From a virus, in IMG/VR virus record IMGVR_UViG_3300045988_045053, positions 87,161 through 151,160 of that record: 64,000 bases of DNA; one strand, 5' to 3'. Positions 41,839-50,364 of this stretch are shown piece after piece. Both the position numbers and the translations under genes were made by a program. How positions within the stretch are numbered: position 1 is the stretch's first letter; each line of letters opens with the position of its first letter. Under the pieces are notes generated by a model. It did not search any database. It was not told where the DNA came from and saw nothing but the letters and a program-made list of their open reading frames with translations.

Positions 41839-42437
41839 CTTCCTTCGTAATACTTAATCAGTTTATCAAATGCTTCAATCCTAGCATTGTGACCCTTCTC
41901 GTCATCGGGAGTCCACCAAAATGCCTTACCATACCTGTCTTTAGGTGCACCTAAGAACTCTCTATTGAACTCCGGAAACATAGCAACTACATCACGTTCA
42001 TCATAGATGTTGATTCCTCTTTCTGTGCCAGCCATAGCATGTTCAATGCAGAAACACATTCCCCAGTATTCTGAATGGTCTTCAAACAGCTTCTTAGCTT
42101 TTAGTAAGATAGTGTGCTTATTGGTTCTTTCTGTGTACCAATGGATGAGTTTATCGAAGGCTATAAGCCTGTGTTTCTTCTCATCTACGGGCCACCAAAA
42201 GACCAGCCTAGCTACTTCTTCTTGTTTGACATTACCTCCTAGAAACTCTGGGTTAAACTCCGGAATTAATGCCACTAATTCATTATAAGAGGGAGGTATT
42301 CCTTCTTTAAACACTCCGTTGAATGCTTGCTTCATATAGTGGCACATACCACCATTCTTATCACTACCTGGCTTTGTATCTTTATCGTACAAGTCTTTAG
42401 CAATCTTTAATCTTTTAATAATTTCTAAGTTAGTCAT
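41835..42437 (-). CDS. hypothetical protein with internal duplication
   Basis: Two ~95-aa halves share FPEFN(P/R)EFLG...FWW(P/T)(V/P)DEK...FDKLI..Y. Confidence 0.45.
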   Translation of the reverse strand: MTNLEIIKRLKIAKDLYDKDTKPGSDKNGGMCHYMKQAFNGVFKEGIPPSYNELVALIPEFNPEFLGGNVKQEEVARLVFWWPVDEKKHRLIAFDKLIHWYTERTNKHTILLKAKKLFEDHSEYWGMCFCIEHAMAGTERGINIYDERDVVAMFPEFNREFLGAPKDRYGKAFWWTPDDEKGHNARIEAFDKLIKYYEGR

Positions 42438-42457
42438 CTCTTTCCTTATTAAGTTAG

Positions 42458-42529
42458 TAGTCCCAGGCAGAGTCGAACTGCCATTTCAGGTTCCGTAGAC
42501 CAGCGTTCTATCCATTGAACTATGGGACC
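42458..42529 (-). tRNA. tRNA-Arg(ACG)
   Basis: GGTCCCA..GTTC AATGGATA GAAC..CTGGT CTACGGA ACCTG (one U-U mismatch)..GGCAG TTCGACT CTGCC..TGGGACT A. Confidence 0.7.
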
Positions 42530-42676
42530 ATACAGGAAGCAATTCCGATTTAACGGCCGCCCTTGCCAGTATCACGTACTGGGCTTTTCACGTGGACGGT
42601 CTGTCAGCATAACTCACAGTATTACTTACATGCTTCCTTTAAAGTTTAGCCTCTTCCAGCGCAAGAGCACTTATAG

Positions 42677-42943
42677 TCACTCTTCGCCATAGTACATCAA
42701 GTATAGCACCTGCTGACGCAAACCATATCTACGTGTAACCACGTTAGCTTCCGCTCTCCTGGAAAGCGCAGCATTGATACTCCTCTTGAGTTTATCGGCA
42801 TCAAATAGCAAACCAGTTACTCCTACTAATCCATTAGGCTCATCAGCGCAGATGTAATCTACTGCTTCAAAGAGCTGGGCTTTAGTTTCAGAACTGTTCA
42901 CCTTCTGCCATTTCTTTATTTCTTTCTCAAAGTCCATAATCAA
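42677..42943 (-). CDS. hypothetical protein
   Basis: 88-aa ORF. Confidence 0.35.
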   Translation of the reverse strand: MIMDFEKEIKKWQKVNSSETKAQLFEAVDYICADEPNGLVGVTGLLFDADKLKRSINAALSRRAEANVVTRRYGLRQQVLYLMYYGEE

Positions 42944-43314
42944 TTAAGTGCTTCAAGTTCTTTAGCTAATTCTTCCAGAGATTTGCCTTCGAGTTCAGCG
43001 TCTTGTTTCTTAGCCATAAGGTCAAGAATCTTCTGACGCTTAGCTTTCTTCTCACTTTCAAGTAGACGGTCTTCCTGTTCTTGCAACTTAACATCAATAA
43101 TGTGTTTTGCAATATTGAATTTCAGTTCAAGTTCGGTAGTGTCTTTAGTCCGGGTTTTGATGAAGCTTTCAGTTTTAGACTCTTGCAATTTCTTGTTAAG
43201 AGCAATTGCAATATTGTCAAGTTGAATTAAGGGTAAATCCCACAAGTCTTCAACAGAAAGAACTCCACGTTGCGTGTTAAAACGCAATTTCATTCTAGAT
43301 GCTTTCTCAAACAT
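42940..43314 (-). CDS. hypothetical coiled-coil protein
   Basis: 124-aa ORF, charged and helical. Confidence 0.4.
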   Translation of the reverse strand: MFEKASRMKLRFNTQRGVLSVEDLWDLPLIQLDNIAIALNKKLQESKTESFIKTRTKDTTELELKFNIAKHIIDVKLQEQEDRLLESEKKAKRQKILDLMAKKQDAELEGKSLEELAKELEALN

Positions 43315-43329
43315 AATTATAGCATTAAA

Positions 43330-43696
43330 TTGTTAATACGTTTATATTCTTCAAACACTTTGTCCTCTGATTCTTCTCCCCACATACTGTGAATGAGAAT
43401 ACCATAAGCACAAGGCTGGTACACAAGAGGGTCTACTGCCTTCTTAGTGATTGTAACCTCTGGATTGTCTAATTGACTAGGAGGGCAAGCTACAAATAGC
43501 TCATTTCTACCTAGCCCAACGTGTTGTATTCTCTTACTAATGTATCTCTATTAGGAATATCAACTGATGTCTTGGAAACAGAACGTAGATATTCCTCCAT
43601 ACATAAAGCAAGAGCCATAGCTATGTTGGACTGAATAGTCATCACCGGCACGTCAACCACTTCTGGAGTTATAACTTCAGAATCATTGCGTTTTTA
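43330..43696 (-). pseudogene. disrupted ORF (two overlapping frame fragments, ~60 and ~80 codons)
   Basis: Frame A ...VMTIQSNIAMALALCMEEYLRSV...NTLG* and frame C ...RNELFVACPPSQLDNPEVTITKKAVDPLVYQPCAYGILIHSMWGEESEDKVFEEYKRINNLML* overlap. Both look protein-like. No intact ORF spans this otherwise ~390-bp ORF-free stretch. Confidence 0.35.
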
Positions 43697-43708
43697 GAAA
43701 TCTGAACA

Positions 43709-45721
43709 TCAGAAATTGACTTTTAAAGTTCTACTAAATGTTCCGTCCACTTTAACAATAACGGAATTACGCATAGTAGATGAGAATCCTAATCCACTCA
43801 ATTGATGTTCTTGGTAAGGAGTCTTCATCTTATCAGCTAGAACCTCAAATACCTTACGGTGAGGAGTTAGCTCACTGTTAAGATATTCGTTAAAGAATCC
43901 ACGAACAGGCTCCGGATTCTTGCAATCATCCAACATAAAGAAGTAATGTTTATTGCCAATACCCTGCTCATCCCAATAATTGGGAGACAGCATCATCACG
44001 TTCACCTTATGGAACTTGTTAGTATCAATATTCCATATGCCTATTGACGAATTGCTAGTACTGGGTATTAGCTCTCTTATTTGGATGTCTTTAGATTTAC
44101 TGTAAGTAATCTCGGCAACCATGACATTCTCTTTATGTTTAACGGGTTTGTCATAGACAAATTGTCGAACTTCTCCATTATATTCTATTTCCAATGTAAA
44201 GCCTGTGTCAACAGATTCTCTACAACAGAAGTTATTAACATATACGGTGTAATTGCCTTCAAGCATCTTACGTTCGTCAACCCATATGATGTTCTCAACG
44301 GGTTTACGAGTTTTGCCATATCCAGCATTTTCATCCACGTCTAGCTTACCGCCACTTTTACCAGTTCTGTTAGAATAGTAGATTTCGTTGTATGAAGGTT
44401 CAACGACATGCAAATCCAAGTCATCATAGTTAGACCATGCCAACGAACATCTTAAGAAACCTTCAGTCTGACCACCAGCAGCTCTTACTTTCTCTTTAAT
44501 AGAATCAGCTACTCCTCCATTATATGTCCAAGCAAAGTTGTTTGGCCATTTAAATAGATTCTTTGCATCCTTATTAACAGGAGCTGTAAGAGTTACTAAG
44601 TTATTAGACAGTCTACTTTCCATTAACACTTCTATGTTAGTGGCAGTAGGTACTACATTAGCAATGAAATCATCAATGCTAATTTCAGTTAACTTGTCAA
44701 ACTTCTTAGGATTGACTTTAGTGTCTGCGGCTAGTTCTTCGAATATATTTCCAGCCATTACCTTCTTGGCATCACGATTAGCGAATATAACATTGTTAAC
44801 TGTTATATCCTCTAAGGCAGCATGTCTACGAGGTAGAGAATCCATAAGACCTAGTTCCTGCACTTTCTTCTGTGCTTCCTCAATCATTCTTTTAGTAACA
44901 ATTGACTTAGGTCTTTGATAATTAGCAGGAGCTACTATTCTTTCGTAGGCACTAACACTGGCATCGAGATCACGTCCATTAGTAATATCTACAAGTAGAG
45001 TACCTATAGCAGTATTCCTAATACGTCCTACATATCCAACTTTAGCAGATTCAACCCAGCAGAAATTATCACGTTCCTCACGAGGAACTACTTCATATTT
45101 CTTCTTGAGTGCAACAAATGCCTCTAGATCGGATTTATACTGGTCTCCACGATACAAAGAACCCTGTGAAATCAAATCCAGAACAATGTCAAAAGCATCC
45201 ATGGATAACTCATCCAAAGCCCGCTTCAATACTGTTTTATTGATACGAAGTGCTCCTTGTACTGCTTCTTCAGAATCAGATACTGCACAAAGTAAATGAT
45301 TAGGAAGCTTGTAAAATAAATGATTCCATGTATGTACGTGTCTCGTAGGAGTTTCTATCCACACATTGTTCTTATCTGTACCCAGTTTAACCACCTTACT
45401 AACAAATACGTCACATACTGGTTTAGATTTAACAAGTTGGGCTAAGTTTCTGGCTACTGTAGCATAAGGTTCATCTAACACTAAGGAATCCCAAATACTT
45501 ACTAACTTGTTATTAACTATTGCAACTACATTGCCATAAGGTTTGATAAATTGACGACAGCAATTACATGTATGTGATTGTCTCTCGTCTTCTGGATAAG
45601 AATCTATGTAACAATCCCACAGCTCATCCTTATTAACATTAGTTAAATACAATCTATCAGCATTATTAGCTAAGGCATCAAATTGCTTATAAACTGCTCG
45701 TTTAAAATCAATAAATTCCAC
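43709..45721 (-). CDS. hypothetical protein (670 aa)
   Basis: Long ORF with a Cys cluster HTCNCCRQF near the N-terminus; no family recognised. Confidence 0.5.
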   Translation of the reverse strand: MEFIDFKRAVYKQFDALANNADRLYLTNVNKDELWDCYIDSYPEDERQSHTCNCCRQFIKPYGNVVAIVNNKLVSIWDSLVLDEPYATVARNLAQLVKSKPVCDVFVSKVVKLGTDKNNVWIETPTRHVHTWNHLFYKLPNHLLCAVSDSEEAVQGALRINKTVLKRALDELSMDAFDIVLDLISQGSLYRGDQYKSDLEAFVALKKKYEVVPREERDNFCWVESAKVGYVGRIRNTAIGTLLVDITNGRDLDASVSAYERIVAPANYQRPKSIVTKRMIEEAQKKVQELGLMDSLPRRHAALEDITVNNVIFANRDAKKVMAGNIFEELAADTKVNPKKFDKLTEISIDDFIANVVPTATNIEVLMESRLSNNLVTLTAPVNKDAKNLFKWPNNFAWTYNGGVADSIKEKVRAAGGQTEGFLRCSLAWSNYDDLDLHVVEPSYNEIYYSNRTGKSGGKLDVDENAGYGKTRKPVENIIWVDERKMLEGNYTVYVNNFCCRESVDTGFTLEIEYNGEVRQFVYDKPVKHKENVMVAEITYSKSKDIQIRELIPSTSNSSIGIWNIDTNKFHKVNVMMLSPNYWDEQGIGNKHYFFMLDDCKNPEPVRGFFNEYLNSELTPHRKVFEVLADKMKTPYQEHQLSGLGFSSTMRNSVIVKVDGTFSRTLKVNF

Positions 45722-45733
45722 GATAATTAAATT

Positions 45734-46555
45734 TTATAAAGGTTTTACATTATCAAAGATAGCATCACTGGCTTCTTCTCCCCATTTAGAATAGATAACA
45801 ACACCTATTGGGGTCACTTGGAATACAAACGGATCAATACTTCGTGGTATTACTCTTATCTCAGTTTCAGTAAAAGATACCAGTTGTTGCATATCGTCTA
45901 CTGGTGCAGCTATAAATAAGTCTGTAGATTTACAGGCAATATGAGACATAGTTACTCCCTTAGTTCTTCCATTCCAATACTTGGCAAATGGATACGCTAG
46001 AAGTTCTTTCTTGTGGTATTGTAAGAATATTAGACCTTCGGGAACAGGCTCTTCACGATAAAAGTTATAGTGAGAGTATGGATTTGGGGTACTAATCCTT
46101 CTGACATTGACTTTTACGTTAGTAATAAGAGCATTATCACGATTAGAGTATTTATTATCCGTTAACGAGTCTAGTGTAGTCTTAGTAGCCAAGATTTCAT
46201 CCAGATTATCTTCTGGTATATCACCTTTATAATACGATAGTGGCCCGGATACCAATCCATACTTAACATTCAGATTAATAAAATCTTCCTCTTTGAGTAT
46301 AATGCATCCAGGGAAGTTCTGCGAGAAGAAGTTATAGCATTTAAAAGTCTCTAAGTTATTCATATACTTCTCGGCATCTGTAATAACTGAAGAGTGATCA
46401 AACCCTAGTAACTTAGCTTTCTCAGCTTTCTCAATTGCAACATGATTCATCTCTAAGCTTCTGGTTTGTTGCAACCAGTTTAAGCTAGCTAATATATAAG
46501 CTTGATGAATCTCTAGAGCTCCTATTTGGGGTCTAGTACCAATTTGTGTGTCCAT
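45734..46555 (-). CDS. hypothetical protein
   Basis: 273-aa ORF. Confidence 0.45.
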   Translation of the reverse strand: MDTQIGTRPQIGALEIHQAYILASLNWLQQTRSLEMNHVAIEKAEKAKLLGFDHSSVITDAEKYMNNLETFKCYNFFSQNFPGCIILKEEDFINLNVKYGLVSGPLSYYKGDIPEDNLDEILATKTTLDSLTDNKYSNRDNALITNVKVNVRRISTPNPYSHYNFYREEPVPEGLIFLQYHKKELLAYPFAKYWNGRTKGVTMSHIACKSTDLFIAAPVDDMQQLVSFTETEIRVIPRSIDPFVFQVTPIGVVIYSKWGEEASDAIFDNVKPL

Positions 46556-46681
46556 AATCTTTATGCTTTCTTTTTAACTGAACCTGGTCTGGTAGTAGCT
46601 CTCTTAAATGAATCAGATTGCTTATCCCACCAAGCCTGTCGGTCTTTAAGACGTTGTACTTTCTTCTTGTATTTCATAGGT

Positions 46682-47155
46682 TTATCCTATTTCGTTACTA
46701 GCATTATAAGCAAGCTTGTCGGCTTCCTTATTATGTTCATCACTTGCGTGACCTTTACACCACTCAACAGACACTACTTTATGCCTGTTCACAGCCTTAT
46801 CAAGACGTTCCCACAAATCAGTATTGGCTTTCCTCTTCCACCCTTTAGTAAGAGTTCCTACAATATACATAGAATCTGTTACTATTGTAATTTCAGAAGG
46901 TTCCTTTATGGATTCCAGGGCAACTATGGCAGCCATTTGCTCCATTCGCTGATTGGTGCTGTTCTTATACATCTTACTGTATTGGAATATCTTCTTGTCA
47001 TCCTCTAAAATGACAAAGCCTATTCCCCCTTGATTTCTCGCAGGAGAATAGGCACCATCACAGTATATTCTGTACTTATGCGTCGGCATTAGGATTCTCA
47101 ACAAAATCCTCATCATCCTCATCTTCTTCTGTTTCGGATATGACATCTTCATCAA
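46682..47155 (-). CDS. rnhA: ribonuclease H
   Basis: CDGAYSP..GGIGFV, TNQRMEQMAAIVAL, TDSMY, WCKGHASDEHNKEADKLA. Confidence 0.85.
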   Translation of the reverse strand: MMKMSYPKQKKMRMMRILLRILMPTHKYRIYCDGAYSPARNQGGIGFVILEDDKKIFQYSKMYKNSTNQRMEQMAAIVALESIKEPSEITIVTDSMYIVGTLTKGWKRKANTDLWERLDKAVNRHKVVSVEWCKGHASDEHNKEADKLAYNASNEIG

Positions 47156-47606
47156 TAAGATGCTTAACCCACATACCTAAGATAAAGATGACATAGAATT
47201 TGTCTTCCTCCTGTTTGTAGTTAACCTTGTCAGAGACTTCATTAACTACATCTAACATTGTGAACTCCTCTTTAGCCATAGCATCATCAGCTATAGCAGA
47301 CATTTCTTCTACATAAGGTCTAGCCTTCTGCATCGCTTCGTCAAAACTCTTTACTAAGGCTATGCCTTCATCACCTCTAATTTGCATAGCAACAGATAGA
47401 GGTTGTTGCAATTCATTTCTAAAGAAGCCCAAATAGAAAGCTTTCTCTACATCTCCGTTTACGAAGTCATTGAAAGATTTAGCTTTCATTACTTCCTCCA
47501 CTTTGAAATCAATTTCTGATACGTCTCTGATTTTGTCCATAATGTTATGATAGCAACCCACCAATCTTCTCGGCCATGGCTGTTGCTTTGTTAGAAACTG
47601 CTTCAA
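47076..47606 (-). CDS. hypothetical protein (acidic C-terminus)
   Basis: 176-aa ORF. Confidence 0.4.
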   Translation of the reverse strand: MKQFLTKQQPWPRRLVGCYHNIMDKIRDVSEIDFKVEEVMKAKSFNDFVNGDVEKAFYLGFFRNELQQPLSVAMQIRGDEGIALVKSFDEAMQKARPYVEEMSAIADDAMAKEEFTMLDVVNEVSDKVNYKQEEDKFYVIFILGMWVKHLIDEDVISETEEDEDDEDFVENPNADA

Positions 47607-47827
47607 GGTTTGCAGCTTCAGTTTGTAATTCGATAATCTCTTGTTCTCTAACCTCTTTCTCTGCTTGAGCTCTAGATGCTACCTCTTTAAGATTGGTAAC
47701 AGCTTTCTCAAATACATCAATAATCTTAGCTGATTCCTCGGCTAGTGAGGTACTTGTTACTTTAGCCGGTTCGGCTGATTGTTTCTTTCCAAACATCTTA
47801 TAGGATTAGAATTACAGGGTTCAGGGT

Positions 47828-47909
47828 GAGCGGCTGTCGGGAATCGAACCCAATCTATCACTTGTGCGCATACTAAAATTAGTGATGTGCCCTCCTTTAC
47901 ACTACAACC
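47828..47909 (-). tRNA. tRNA-like gene with an expanded 18-nt anticodon loop (isotype unresolved)
   Basis: Good acceptor (GCGGTTG/CAGCCGC), D arm (GTGT..GCAC), T arm (TTGGG TTCGATT CCCGA). The anticodon stem TCACT/AGTGA encloses AATTTTAGTATGCGCACA instead of 7 nt. Confidence 0.45.
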
Positions 47910-48194
47910 GCATGGAGCAGTGGTTAGAATACTAATAGTCAAACACTAATAGTCATTCCTAAAGAGGTGTTCTGCAACCACCCCACAGTCAGCGCTAAAC
48001 TGCACGTCTTATTACATACGCTCAACTCTGCTTTAGTTGTCATCGCTGGACTTTATTTAACCCAGATTCCAGCCTGGTCTATACTCGTTTCCTTTTAAGC
48101 TTACCACACTTGGAACATACTAGTAAGTATCTGTTACAATCAGTATAGCTAGTTTTTGCTATTATAGTCCATTCATGCCTACATGCTAGTTTCT

Positions 48195-48506
48195 CTAGCC
48201 ATTTCTTGAATAGTTCTTTCCAGGTCTAAAGAGTTGCTGGTACGTATCGACTTTAACTACTTCTCTAGTCCCAGGAAGTCTGCCTTGCTTGCCGTCTAAC
48301 CACCACCTTATATAGTCACGCACATGATATACTGGCAACTCAACTGGAGTACCATTAACCATACACCAATAATGACCTAGCAACCTCGGTCTATAAAAGT
48401 CAGAGTCTGTTCCATTGGAGTCAGGATTAGAATTGGCAAATCCATAACAGTAATCATAATAGTCTGCTGCTTTATGAGGTTTAGCAATCTTACCAAACTT
48501 GGGCAA
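48195..48506 (-). CDS. hypothetical protein (TTG start in the track)
   Basis: 103-aa ORF; overlaps 48377..48691 by 130 nt in another frame. Confidence 0.35.
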   Translation of the reverse strand: MPKFGKIAKPHKAADYYDYCYGFANSNPDSNGTDSDFYRPRLLGHYWCMVNGTPVELPVYHVRDYIRWWLDGKQGRLPGTREVVKVDTYQQLFRPGKNYSRNG

Positions 48507-48691
48507 AGCATGATTCCTGTTCTCCTTCCATTGCTTAGTACTAATGTTGTATCACCTACCTCTACATCGCTAAGATTTATAGGACTCAAGACATGCTCTT
48601 GGCCAGATTTGATTAGAGGAGTCATAGAGTTTCCCTTCTCTGAGGTTCTGAAGGATTTTCCTTCGGTCAATAGTCTCTCCTTGTAATGCAT
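48377..48691 (-). CDS. hypothetical protein (C-terminal third likely out-of-frame read-through)
   Basis: The N-terminal ~55 aa look protein-like; the tail is low-complexity and overlaps the next ORF. Confidence 0.3.
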   Translation of the reverse strand: MHYKERLLTEGKSFRTSEKGNSMTPLIKSGQEHVLSPINLSDVEVGDTTLVLSNGRRTGIMLCPSLVRLLNLIKQQTIMITVMDLPILILTPMEQTLTFIDRGC

Positions 48692-49061
48692 CGGCTTTAG
48701 ACATTAAATATACAAAGTTTAATCTCTCTTCCATGGTAGAGCCATTACTTATCCTTTCAAACAAGGTTAACTCTTGCCCATTCTTGTAGTTATAGTAAGA
48801 TATCAACTCATTATATCTGACAGTTTTACTATTCAACGAAGCTATAGTCATTGGATATCTTCTTAGCACTACTCCCCTATATAAATCAACAAGTTCACCC
48901 AATGAGTTGGCAATCTTTAATAACCTAACTACATTGGGTGAACCGTGTTTCTTGTACCTAATAGCATAATTCTCCAGAGCAGCATCCCAATCATGGAACA
49001 CGTGTTGAGCTTGAGTTAAATCAATCTCAACTATTTTACGCAGGAACTCTTCTATAGTCAT
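48570..49061 (-). CDS. hypothetical protein
   Basis: 163-aa ORF. Confidence 0.4.
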   Translation of the reverse strand: MTIEEFLRKIVEIDLTQAQHVFHDWDAALENYAIRYKKHGSPNVVRLLKIANSLGELVDLYRGVVLRRYPMTIASLNSKTVRYNELISYYNYKNGQELTLFERISNGSTMEERLNFVYLMSKADALQGETIDRRKILQNLREGKLYDSSNQIWPRACLESYKS

Positions 49062-49064
49062 ATT

Positions 49065-49239
49065 AATTAGATATTGTAGGTGATGTTAACTTGTCAATTA
49101 GATTCTTCATTGCTTCTTCACCAGCAGCAAAACCTTCAGAATACCCGATTTTATATGCCTTCTCTATAGATACAGCAACAGCTTCCATGACGCTATTGCC
49201 CTCATACTGTTTCTTTAATTCTTCTAATAGTTCTTTCAT
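49065..49239 (-). CDS. small hypothetical protein (~58 aa)
   Basis: ATG at 49239 preceded by AGGAAGGAGGATT (SD-like); MKELLEELKKQYEGNSVMEAVAV... Confidence 0.3.
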
Positions 49240-49264
49240 AAATCCTCCTTCCTTTAATTATTAG

Positions 49265-49343
49265 TAGCTTGAGTGGGCCCACACGTCCATTTCTGGACAC
49301 CAGAGCTTAAATCTGGGGCGTCTACCAATTTCGCCATCAAGCC
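49265..49343 (-). tRNA. tRNA-Leu(TAA)-like, T-loop missing (probable pseudogene)
   Basis: Type II layout: GGCTTGA..GCG AAATTGGTAGA CGC..CCAGA TTTAAGC TCTGG..variable arm GTCCA GAAA TGGAC. The T stem halves GTGGG|CCCAC are directly juxtaposed with no 7-nt loop. Confidence 0.45.
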
Positions 49344-49816
49344 ATACCCTTATACTGACATCATGACCTTGATTGTAACTACAATTATCATTCCTATAGT
49401 ACTTATAGCAGCTATACTTAAGAATATCTTAACCCATTTAAAGTCACAATCCCATATAGTTAGTAACATAGCTATTAATGCAGCCACAAATGCAATGACT
49501 ACAGTAATCATTAATGCTGTTTCCATATCAATCTCTTACTAAGTCTATCCAATTAATTAGGATATGATACAACCACCTCATAATACGTAATCGCAATAAG
49601 TGTCAACAAAATCCTTAGCTTCTTTTAAACCACATTTAGCAGATTCTTTTACATGCTTAACTGCTTGCAGTTTGGAACCAGTCTGTACAAACTGTTTCAT
49701 CTTAAAGAAGTCTTCACATGACAAATCAATTGTATTATTCCAACGCTTCCTGTATGCAAGCATTGCATCACTATACTCTTGAGGATGTTCTGTCCAGGTA
49801 ATTTGTTGGTCTCATA

Positions 49817-49981
49817 TCAACAATTGTCGGCATCCTCTGTCAGTAATTTAGTTGCTTTATCCATTCCTAACTCGTAAGCTTCAGCAATTAATACTGCCGC
49901 ACTTGCTATAGAAAGCTTACCACCGTTGTCCTCTGCTACGTTAGCTGCATTTTCAAGCAGCTCACTTAAAGTTTCTACCAT
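49817..49981 (-). CDS. small hypothetical protein (54 aa)
   Basis: ATG at 49981; MVETLSELLENAANVAEDNGGKLSIASAAVLIAEAYELGMDKATKLL... Confidence 0.3.
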   Translation of the reverse strand: MVETLSELLENAANVAEDNGGKLSIASAAVLIAEAYELGMDKATKLLTEDADNC

Positions 49982-50012
49982 AATTAAATACATTTAATAG
50001 TTAATAATCTAG

Positions 50013-50094
50013 TAGGGTAGGTGAGACTCGAACTCACACGAGCTTAGCTCATTGGTTCCTAAGACCAACGCGGCTACCGTTACGCCACTACCCC
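50013..50094 (-). tRNA. tRNA-Leu(TAG)
   Basis: Type II: GGGGTAG..GCG TAACGGTAGC CGC..TTGGT CTTAGGA ACCAA..variable GAGC TAA GCTC..GTGAG TTCGAGT CTCAC. Confidence 0.8.
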
Positions 50095-50098
50095 ATTG

Positions 50099-50317
50099 TT
50101 ACTTCATCAAATTGATAAATTCATCTTCATGTCCTCTATAGTATCGCTGAAGATATGCAATATACACGGCTTCGTCCTTAACTATTTGAGGGAATTTGGA
50201 TTCAAATTGTTCTACTTTCTCTTCTCCTACTATACTTACATGAAAGTCTCTAGGTGTGTTATCCACCTTAGTTGCAGACATTAATAAGACTAATAGGAAT
50301 ATCAATAAATGTTTCAT
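50099..50317 (-). CDS. small secreted protein
   Basis: Signal-peptide-like MKHLLIFLLVLLMSATKV. Confidence 0.4.
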   Translation of the reverse strand: MKHLLIFLLVLLMSATKVDNTPRDFHVSIVGEEKVEQFESKFPQIVKDEAVYIAYLQRYYRGHEDEFINLMK

Positions 50318-50324
50318 TTAGTTG

Positions 50325-50358
50325 TTAATAAAAGGAGAGCGAGATTGCTCTCGCCCTC
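50325..50358 (-). terminator. rho-independent terminator
   Basis: Stem GAGAGC/GCTCTC (loop GAGATT) followed on the minus strand by CTTTTATT, immediately after the AAA+ ATPase stop. Confidence 0.55.
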
Positions 50359-50364
50359 CAAGGT

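Noticed and set aside
43330-43696. TAG-as-sense-codon read-through (four consecutive in-frame TAGs in frame A)
   Set aside because: The extended translation is low-complexity, whereas the alternative frame C is protein-like. No other gene in the window needs TAG recoding. A simple frameshift is favoured.
49273-49542. Plus-strand 89-aa membrane-like ORF
   Set aside because: Antisense to the tRNA-Leu(TAA)-like gene and to a small minus-strand ORF; its hydrophobicity is due to AT-rich antisense sequence.
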